From: Polyangiaceae bacterium | Lineage (GTDB): Bacteria > Myxococcota_A > Polyangia > Polyangiales > Polyangiaceae | Assembly: GCA_044376115.1 (NCBI GenBank) | Contig: JBILLK010000009.1 | Location: 256,001 to 320,000, forward strand | Length of the DNA stretch: 64,000 nt | Direction of reading: 5' to 3' | Shown: positions 9,019 to 16,359 of the stretch, piece by piece | How positions within the stretch are numbered: the stretch's first letter is position 1 | Layout: each line of letters begins with the position of its first letter | Made by a program: the position numbers and the translations under genes | The notes under the pieces: model-generated | Databases searched by the model: none | What the model was told of the DNA's origin: nothing | The model's input: the letters and a program-made list of their open reading frames with translations, nothing else

Positions 9019-10339
9019 CTTCGATTCCTCCGGGGCCTTGTTTCGGATTTACTGGTGCGGCCGAATTGCTTGCGACTGCGCTCGTGCTCGTGCGGGCCAA
9101 AGGCCGAGCGGAACTCCCAGATGGCGGTGCGCTAGGCACGGCTGTCGGCGGTGTAGTCAGCTCTGCTTGGGTGGTGGGAGGTGGGGCACTCGAAGGAGCC
9201 GATGCGCTGGGGGCGGGTGCAGCGAGGGGTTGGCTCGAAGCGGTAGCGCTGATGACCGGCGCAGGTTCTGCCGAGACCGGCGCAGCGGTCAAACGCCACG
9301 TCACCGCGGCAAGCAAGGAAACGCCGGCCGCAGCCAAAGCGGCGATACCTAATCTGCGCAGCGGTCGACGGGCGGGCTGATGCTCCTCGGTGGCGGCCAT
9401 TGGATCGGCTGGGCGTGCGACTCTCCGCCGCGAACCAGGCAGCCAGCGAGGCTCCGCGATGGCCGGCAACGACAGCCCTGTATGAAAGGCAAAGGCTTGG
9501 GCGATCTCGCGAGCTGAATCCGGTCGGTCCTCTGGCTTGATCGAGAGCATCGAGTCAATCAGCTCAGCGATCCCCGGCGGAAGTTCCGGCAGCTTTTTCG
9601 CGATCGGAGGAAAGTCCCGTTGGCTAATCGACTTGAAGAGCTGCCCGACGTTGTCACCTTGGATCGGGCACTCTCCTGTAAGGCACTCGTAGATAACAAT
9701 GCCTAAGGACCAGAAGTCTGCGCGGTGGTCGATTCCCTTTTCGCCGAAGACCTGTTCGGGGGCCATATACATGGGTGTCCCGAGCACGCTGCCCGTTTGA
9801 GTCAGCGCCGACGTATGTCGAATAGCGCTAGCGAGCGCCGTGAGCTTGGCGATCCCAAAGTCGAGTAGTTTGACGCTGTGTTCGCCCGTCGGGCCGACAC
9901 ACAAGAAGATATTCTCGGGCTTCATGTCGCGGTGAACGATGCCCTCGGCGTGGGCCGCGCCAAGGCCCGCCAGCACCGAAAGTACGATCCCCATCAGCTC
10001 AATCAGCTCGAACTTGCCTTTGCGTTCGAGCGCGACGTCGAGGGGCTCACCGTCAAGGAGGTCCATCACCAGCGCGGGGCGACCATCCGCAAGCTCGATT
10101 ACATCGTGAATATCGACGACGTTCGGATGACGAATAGCGGCTGCAACACGAGCTTCTTGAACAAAGCGGCGGCGCTGTTCTTCACCCACCCCCTTGAGGA
10201 TCTTGAGGGCGACCGGCTTGCCAGTAAGGACGTGGTGCGCTGCCCAGACCGCGCCCATCCCACCCTCGCCCAGGAACTGGTCGAGGGTGAAGCGACCTTG
10301 GATGGTCGCTCCCGTTTGAAGGTCCCCCCCAGCGTTCAC
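9002..10339 (-). CDS. Membrane Ser/Thr protein kinase
   Basis: GEGGMGAV, VALK, HRDMKPEN, DFG and GTPMYMAPEQ, followed by a TM helix and a Pro/Ser/Ala-rich tail. Confidence 0.95.
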   Translation of the reverse strand: MNAGGDLQTGATIQGRFTLDQFLGEGGMGAVWAAHHVLTGKPVALKILKGVGEEQRRRFVQEARVAAAIRHPNVVDIHDVIELADGRPALVMDLLDGEPLDVALERKGKFELIELMGIVLSVLAGLGAAHAEGIVHRDMKPENIFLCVGPTGEHSVKLLDFGIAKLTALASAIRHTSALTQTGSVLGTPMYMAPEQVFGEKGIDHRADFWSLGIVIYECLTGECPIQGDNVGQLFKSISQRDFPPIAKKLPELPPGIAELIDSMLSIKPEDRPDSAREIAQAFAFHTGLSLPAIAEPRWLPGSRRRVARPADPMAATEEHQPARRPLRRLGIAALAAAGVSLLAAVTWRLTAAPVSAEPAPVISATASSQPLAAPAPSASAPSSAPPPTTQAELTTPPTAVPSAPPSGSSARPLARTSTSAVASNSAAPVNPKQGPGGIEVVSPY

Positions 10340-11154
10340 TCGTTGACCATTCCGAGCACGATCGCGCGCTCTAGCGCCGGCTGGCTAGCATCCGCTGTTG
10401 AGGCGCTCGTCACCGCGAAGCCACGCACAGTTTCGGCCGTGCTGAAGGGGACATCCATCTGGACCCGACCCCCCGAAGCGAGAGGGATACCCGTGAGCTT
10501 CAACCAGCGTTCTTGCGACACAGGCCCTACCTGAAGCCATAGCTGCTGCCCGGCGAGCTGCTCCGCACCTAGGTCGGACGAAAGCGCGAAGTGCGCTGAC
10601 TCTGCACGCAAACGAAGCTCGGCGCTGGTCCCGCCTTTCGTGCCTCGTAGCAGCCGCTCCGCTACATCGACCTTGGGAGCAGACGCCGGTGTGGGACTGG
10701 GCCGAACCAAGGACGCCCCACCGACCGTTAGCAGCAGCGCTGCTGCCGCGGCCACAGCCACCCATCGACTCCTTCGCGGCCTGAGCTCGACGACGTTGGA
10801 GTCTACCTCGACGACGTTGGCTCCCGTTGTCGTGGCCGTGGGCGACTTGGGCTTCACGACCCCGTCGAAGTGCTCAAAGGCTTGGGCTTGAATCTTTGCG
10901 CGCAACGAATTGGGCAAGCTCTCCTGGCGACCAGCGTTGCGCAGCGAAAGCCGGGCCGCTACCAATTGTAGGTCGCTGCGAAGGCTTGCAGACCCGCCGA
11001 GCTCTGCGAGCTCCGCGAGCTCCGCCTGCTCCAGCCCAAACAGTGCCTCGTCACAGGCTAGAGCCTCTGCTCTGGATATCGGACTCTCCAGCTCACTCTC
11101 CAACGGCTCCACAGTCCTGGCACTCACTTCATCCTCCGTTCGATTGGCTGACAT
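10336..11154 (-). CDS. Putative membrane anti-sigma factor (RskA-like)
   Basis: Directly follows the ECF sigma gene. LPNSLRAKI helix, TM WVAVAAAAALLL, and QLWL and GFAVT motifs resembling the RskA C-terminal domain. Confidence 0.75.
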   Translation of the reverse strand: MSANRTEDEVSARTVEPLESELESPISRAEALACDEALFGLEQAELAELAELGGSASLRSDLQLVAARLSLRNAGRQESLPNSLRAKIQAQAFEHFDGVVKPKSPTATTTGANVVEVDSNVVELRPRRSRWVAVAAAAALLLTVGGASLVRPSPTPASAPKVDVAERLLRGTKGGTSAELRLRAESAHFALSSDLGAEQLAGQQLWLQVGPVSQERWLKLTGIPLASGGRVQMDVPFSTAETVRGFAVTSASTADASQPALERAIVLGMVNE

Positions 11155-11834
11155 ACGTCCGAACTCTCATTGTGGAGCCCAGCCATCTCCTTATCGTTGA
11201 ACAGTAGCTGGCGAAGTTTCAACAGCCCGCGGCGTGCATGCGTTTTCACGGTGCCGAGCGCCAACCCCGTACGTGCCGAGATTTGGTCATGGCTAAGGTC
11301 CTGACATGCCGCTAGCAGCAAGACCTCCCGTTGCTCAGGCCGCAGCTTCTGCAAGGCCTTCTCCATCAAAATCGCCTCGCCCGAGGACTCGGGGAAGTGC
11401 TCCTGCTGAACGAAATCATCAGTCCCAATCGGTTCAACGACTGGTTGCCGTTTCCCGGCTCGCAAACGGTCAATCATCCGTCGCCTCGCAATCATAGCGA
11501 CGAACGCCTCCTCAGAGGCTCGCTCTGGATCGTAGCGCGCCGCGCTCTTCCACAGATCCAAGAATATCTCCTGCACGGCGTCTTCAGCGTCTTCTCGACT
11601 GCGCGAAAACCTACGCGCGATCGACCAGACCAGATTGCCGTAGCGGTTCATGCAGGTCTGGACTGCTGCCAAGTCTCCGCGCGCTACGCGCGCGAGCACA
11701 GCGGGACGGGGTTGTTCCGAGGCCACCTTGGCAGATTCATGCCAAAGAACTGCGGCCGGCACCACAGGAACCTCTGGCGCGCGACCGAATTTGGTCATCA
11801 GTGCCGAACTCGCGATGAGCAGATTGGTGGACAT
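11124..11834 (-). CDS. ECF RNA polymerase sigma factor (SigK-like)
   Basis: Region 2 DAEDAVQEIFLDLWKSAARYDP and region 4 LSHDQISARTGLALGTVKTHARRGL. Start uncertain (11834, 11798 or 11726). Confidence 0.92.
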   Translation of the reverse strand: MSTNLLIASSALMTKFGRAPEVPVVPAAVLWHESAKVASEQPRPAVLARVARGDLAAVQTCMNRYGNLVWSIARRFSRSREDAEDAVQEIFLDLWKSAARYDPERASEEAFVAMIARRRMIDRLRAGKRQPVVEPIGTDDFVQQEHFPESSGEAILMEKALQKLRPEQREVLLLAACQDLSHDQISARTGLALGTVKTHARRGLLKLRQLLFNDKEMAGLHNESSDVCQPIERRMK

Positions 11835-11862
11835 AGGCTGGGTCACGTGGGCTCCCTCCGGC

Positions 11863-12393
11863 CTAGTGAAGGGCCACGGTCGAATGGCTGCTGCGGCTCT
11901 GATCGTGAGACTCCCGGTCCCATTGCGACCGCGGAAGAGCGAAGGAGCGGTCACTTTCGATATCGGCTAGAGCCCAACGCAGCCTTAGCTCCACCGGCCA
12001 ATTGGGGACCCCGTACGACGGGCAACCTACCTGGTTCACCCGGCGGATGACCCCGTTGCTGCAGCGCACGGCCGGGCCGATCAAGCGAGCCCCGTCGTAG
12101 TCCTGCGCCGTGACGCGCACCCGAGAGCCTTGCACCGTCGCGACTCTCTGCTCACGCTGCAACGAACGCGAGCCAGGAATCAGGTGGTGCTCGAGGAGGT
12201 CAATCTGAAGCTCCTCCGCCGACCACAACGCCCGAAATAACGGCTCGGGGAGCAGAGAGAAGGCCTTGTCGGTGGGTACAAATACCGAGAAGCGGCCTGT
12301 GGCTAGGTCCTCCGCGAGTTCGCTGCGCCGGCAAAGCTCTAGGAAAATCTCGACGTTTCCTAGTTCCGCGAGCTGCGAGAGAAGGTCCAACAT
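11863..12393 (-). CDS. Single divergent fasciclin (FAS1) domain protein without signal peptide
   Basis: FSVFVPTDKAF (H1), LLEHHLIPG and SNGVIRRVNQV (H2). ATG 12393 is just downstream of the promoter motif. Confidence 0.7.
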   Translation of the reverse strand: MLDLLSQLAELGNVEIFLELCRRSELAEDLATGRFSVFVPTDKAFSLLPEPLFRALWSAEELQIDLLEHHLIPGSRSLQREQRVATVQGSRVRVTAQDYDGARLIGPAVRCSNGVIRRVNQVGCPSYGVPNWPVELRLRWALADIESDRSFALPRSQWDRESHDQSRSSHSTVALH

Positions 12394-12403
12394 TAGGCTT
12401 ACT

Positions 12404-12430
12404 TTCGACTGCTCCACGACTTTGGATTCA
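12404..12430 (-). promoter_or_regulatory. Putative ECF sigma promoter, copy 2
   Basis: Minus strand TGAATCC-AAAGTCGTGGAGCAGT(16 nt)-CGAA, 10 nt upstream of ATG 12393. Confidence 0.72.
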
Positions 12431-12511
12431 CAGCAGCGACGTTTTTTCGAAGCGCTGAGCGGCTGTGTCGGATTGCCCGCCACAGCCGCTCAGGTCCTCG
12501 CAGGGTTGCGG

Positions 12512-14053
12512 CTAGTTGGCGAGCTGCGGGAGGAGCACCTTGTCCACGACGTGGATCACGCCGTTCGCCGTGAAGTAGTTGGCGACGGTGACGCTTCCGT
12601 TTGTGTTGGAGCCAGCGTCATCGAGGATCACCGTGTTAGCCGGCGAGGATACGGTGAGCTGTGAACCCGCTCCGTTTCCGAGCAGGGTGGGGAAGGGCGT
12701 CGCGTTATTGAGCGCGAGCGCATCCGCCGCGTAGATCGCCGTCGACTGGTTGAGTACGTGGTAGAGGAGCACGTTGGTCAGCGTTTGGCCCGACGGCGGA
12801 TTCCCCAGCGCGGTAAAGGCTGCGTTGCTCGGTGCGAACAAGGTGAATGCGCCAGTTGCTGCGGGGCCGTTGAGCGCCGGGGCGACCTTCGGGTTGGTGT
12901 TTCCGCCATCCGCCGCGACCACTGCGCCAGCCAGAGACGAGAACTCCGGCGCGGTGGTGACGACGTCGGTGATCGAGGGCAGCAAGACCCCGTCGACAAC
13001 GTGAATTACGCCGTTGCGGGTGATGATGTTGGCGGTGGTCACCGGGGTTCCGTCGATAGCGACGCCGCCGTTGGTCGTGGCTTGTGCGACCCCGCCGAGG
13101 GTCGTGACGGGGCCTGCCGTCACATCGGCTGCGAGCACCACGGCGGGCACGACGTGGTATTTGAGGACCGGGACCAGCTGATAAGGCTGGAAGTCGGTCA
13201 AGCCGCTGATGCCTGTGCTCGGGTTGCCAGCGAGCGCACCGACGAGGGTCGTGAACGCGCCGTCGGGCGGAGCAAACACCGTGAAGGCGCCGGAGTTGTC
13301 ATCCAGCGCTGCAACCAACCCAGGGGCCGCGGGATCGGTATCGGCGACCCCTAGCGCGGCCTCCAAGATTGAGAAGTTGGCGTCGCTCACGACCACGTCG
13401 GCGATCGAGGGCAGGATGACTCCGGAGATCCCGTGAATGATGCCGTTGGAGGCTTGGACATCGGTCACCACGATGTCGGCGATGCCTTCATCCAGCTCGA
13501 TGGTCTCACCGTTGAGGTCAAACTGAATCGAACCTCCGAGTGATTCCACCTTCTCGGAGTTCGTCGCTGCCGCGACGGCGGCCGCCGAACCAACTTCGCT
13601 TCCGATGACGTGATAGAGCAGGATAGGCTTGAGCTGCTCGGCGGTGACGTCGTCCAGGCTGCGAGCGCCAATCCCCGCGAGCAACGCGGCAAATGCGTCG
13701 TTGTCGGGCGCAAGCACGGTAAGCGAGGCGTTTTCATCCTGAAGTGCGCTGGCTAGGCCCGCCTTATCCACGGCGGCCACGAGGCTCGAATAGTTAGGTA
13801 GTGAGCTTGCTACCTCATAGATGTTACCGGCCGCCTGACCACCTTGGCCGCCCTCACCACCTTGGCCGCCGTCCCCACCCTGACCACCTTCTCCACCGCC
13901 GCCAGAGGGGGCCCCGGCAGTGCCTCCAGTGCCTCCGGTGTTATCGCCACCCGTTCCGGAATCGTCTCCACAGCCGACGAGCAGGGCAGTGCACAAGAGG
14001 GCCGATCGAAAGACAAAGCTCGAACCAACGCGACCAGAGGAAGCAGTGAACAT
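12512..14053 (-). CDS. Fasciclin lipoprotein with three FAS1 domains
   Basis: Lipobox LLVGC and a Gly-rich linker. Three sets of T(V/L)(L/F)AP..AF / L(L/K)YHV / NG(I/V)IH. Confidence 0.93.
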   Translation of the reverse strand: MFTASSGRVGSSFVFRSALLCTALLVGCGDDSGTGGDNTGGTGGTAGAPSGGGGEGGQGGDGGQGGEGGQGGQAAGNIYEVASSLPNYSSLVAAVDKAGLASALQDENASLTVLAPDNDAFAALLAGIGARSLDDVTAEQLKPILLYHVIGSEVGSAAAVAAATNSEKVESLGGSIQFDLNGETIELDEGIADIVVTDVQASNGIIHGISGVILPSIADVVVSDANFSILEAALGVADTDPAAPGLVAALDDNSGAFTVFAPPDGAFTTLVGALAGNPSTGISGLTDFQPYQLVPVLKYHVVPAVVLAADVTAGPVTTLGGVAQATTNGGVAIDGTPVTTANIITRNGVIHVVDGVLLPSITDVVTTAPEFSSLAGAVVAADGGNTNPKVAPALNGPAATGAFTLFAPSNAAFTALGNPPSGQTLTNVLLYHVLNQSTAIYAADALALNNATPFPTLLGNGAGSQLTVSSPANTVILDDAGSNTNGSVTVANYFTANGVIHVVDKVLLPQLAN

Positions 14054-14147
14054 GGAACGCTCCAAGGATTAGGTAGGGGCGTGCAGTGGCACGCCGATAT
14101 CGCCGAGCGCCCGTGCGGTTCACCGCGACCTGCTCGACGTTGGTGGT

Positions 14148-14174
14148 TTCGCCGACCGGCGGTCTTTGGATTCA
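14148..14174 (-). promoter_or_regulatory. Putative ECF sigma promoter, copy 1
   Basis: Minus strand TGAATCC-AAAGACCGCCGGTCGG(16 nt)-CGAA in the intergenic region upstream of the fasciclin lipoprotein. Confidence 0.72.
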
Positions 14175-14325
14175 ACCCACGCAAAAAAAATTGCCGCGCC
14201 GAGTCGAGATCCACAGGTTGAGGCGGATTGCCCTCAGTTCCTGCACAAGTTGAGGTGGCGTTGCCTCGTTTCTTTTCGCAAATGGGGCCCGGCGAGCTGG
14301 TCTCGACTTTGCTCACGCCTCGGCT

Positions 14326-15144
14326 ATGAAACTTAGCGAGCTCGTCACCTTCGTTACGACCCATGGTTTGGAACTGATCGTAAAGGTCCTAGTTGCGCTT
14401 GCGATGTGGATCGGTGGTCGTTGGCTCGTGGGGTTGGTGTCTCGGATTCTCGATCGAGCCATGCAGCGCGGCGGTAAGGTGGATCCAACGCTAGCGCGGT
14501 ATCTACTCTCCATCGTTCGCGCGGCGCTGACGATTGGTTTGGGTATGGGCATCATCGGCTATCTCGGGGTGGAGACCACTTCCTTTGCGGCGCTGCTCGC
14601 CGGCGCTGGACTCGCGATCGGTACGGCCTGGGGCGGGCTGCTGCAGCACTTTGCAGCTGGCGCTTTCCTTCAGGTGCTGCGTCCGTTCAAGGTTGGCGAT
14701 TATGTTGTAGCCGGCGGAGTAGAGGGGACGGTGGCCGAGATTGGGCTGTTCGGTACAACCCTGCTTACGCCGGACAACGTGACCACGACGGTTGGGAACA
14801 ACAAAGTATTCTCAGAGATGATCAAGAACTACAGCGCGCAGCCCTACCGTCGGGTCGACGCCGTCGCGAAGATCGCCAATGGTGTCGACCCAACTGTCGC
14901 GATGGTCAAGCTGCGCGAGGCCGTCTGTAACATTCCAAACGTGATGAAGTCGCCGGCGCCGGATGTGGAGATCCTCGAGCTGACGGCGGAAGGCCCGAAG
15001 CTGTGTGTTCGCCCTTACTGCCATACAGACCATTATTGGCAGGTTTACTTTGCAACGCTCAACGCAGTGGTCGAAACCTTTGGCAAGGCCGGCTACCCGG
15101 CGCCGGAGACTCCTATCGCTCACCGCGTCGTGTCGAACCCGTAG
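14326..15144 (+). CDS. mscS: Small-conductance mechanosensitive channel
   Basis: ETTSFAALLAGAGLAIG, RPFKVGD and EGTVAEIGLFGT. Confidence 0.92.
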   Translation: MKLSELVTFVTTHGLELIVKVLVALAMWIGGRWLVGLVSRILDRAMQRGGKVDPTLARYLLSIVRAALTIGLGMGIIGYLGVETTSFAALLAGAGLAIGTAWGGLLQHFAAGAFLQVLRPFKVGDYVVAGGVEGTVAEIGLFGTTLLTPDNVTTTVGNNKVFSEMIKNYSAQPYRRVDAVAKIANGVDPTVAMVKLREAVCNIPNVMKSPAPDVEILELTAEGPKLCVRPYCHTDHYWQVYFATLNAVVETFGKAGYPAPETPIAHRVVSNP

Positions 15145-15186
15145 GGGTCGACGGTGAGCCGGGGCTCTACTTAGATAATCGGACAG

Positions 15187-16326
15187 CTAGCGATAGGCTG
15201 ATTGTGTCGGGGGGCACAGCCAGCCACCAATCTTCAGCGCTGCGCGCAGGTGCAAAGCCAGTTCTTCGCTGGTTCTTAGCTCTTGCGGAGTAACCCACGA
15301 CACCCTGCGATCGGTCAGCAGTAGAGAAGCGTTGTGGCCGGTCTCGACGTCTACCGCGAGCAACTTGCTCGCCAGCTTGGGATTGGCAAACCACTCTCGC
15401 ACGCGCGAGGGCGGCGCTCCGGAAATGCGAAACGCCGCGTCAAAATCGGCGTTTCCGGTCTCGACGTCATCGGTCAGCCAACGCTGCAGAAGTCCGGTGG
15501 GCGCGCTCCTCAAAAGCAGGCCCGGGACGCCAAGCGGCGCGGGCCAACGCAGCTCTATCGCCGTCTGGAGTTCGCTCTCGTAACTCTCGAGCCCAAGCTC
15601 AATCGTAAATCCTGTGTTCGCTCCGGACAGCAGCATGCGCGCCGGGTCGAACTGCAGCCGAAAGGCGTCGGCGCACTGTTGCCACTCGGCTTGTCGCCGC
15701 TTCTCCGCCTCGGTCGGCTGGACTCGCTCGCGCCGCTTTCCCAGCTCGTACGCGGCGGAGGTCGCGCATTCGAGGCATAGCAAAGCGTCTTCCAAGCTCA
15801 CCGCTGACTCGGTCCAGCCAAGCCTCTTGTGAACCGTCACGGTGTCGTCATTGACCCAAAGGCCGTCGTCGATTGCAGCGGCCAACGCGGACAGAAAGCG
15901 TGGGTCGGCTTCGTCGTCCTTGGGCTCCAGCAACTGCTCGATGCGTGGCTGGCCGTCGCCGGTGATTTGCACAACCTGCTCGAATGCCGCCGGCAATCGC
16001 TTGCGTGGCAGCGCCAACGCGCGGCTGAAGACGCTGTGGCGTTCGAGCGAGCAGCCCAAGTGCAGCGGTGGGTCGATCGGCACCACGACGTCGACCCATT
16101 GTTTGCGGTCTCGCGAAGAGGTCGACGTCTCGTATTGCACGAGCAACACAGGGCGGCCCTCCCAGCCACCGTAGAGCCAGTGTCGAGACGAGACTCCCTC
16201 GCTGACCAACGGGCCGAGCGCCCGCTGGTACCAGCGAAAGCTGCGCCGCTCAGCGTAGGGGAAGTACGGCTCGTAGGCTGTGAGCCGGAGTTCTCGTGCG
16301 AGCGCGGACCAAGCGGATTCTGTCAT
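15187..16326 (-). CDS. Hypothetical protein with an internal two-fold duplication
   Basis: 379-aa ORF filling the intergenic space. Both halves begin W-x3-A-x3-L. Confidence 0.7.
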   Translation of the reverse strand: MTESAWSALARELRLTAYEPYFPYAERRSFRWYQRALGPLVSEGVSSRHWLYGGWEGRPVLLVQYETSTSSRDRKQWVDVVVPIDPPLHLGCSLERHSVFSRALALPRKRLPAAFEQVVQITGDGQPRIEQLLEPKDDEADPRFLSALAAAIDDGLWVNDDTVTVHKRLGWTESAVSLEDALLCLECATSAAYELGKRRERVQPTEAEKRRQAEWQQCADAFRLQFDPARMLLSGANTGFTIELGLESYESELQTAIELRWPAPLGVPGLLLRSAPTGLLQRWLTDDVETGNADFDAAFRISGAPPSRVREWFANPKLASKLLAVDVETGHNASLLLTDRRVSWVTPQELRTSEELALHLRAALKIGGWLCPPTQSAYR

Positions 16327-16359
16327 GACTGCGGCTTCGATCTTATGCTGCGTATGGGC

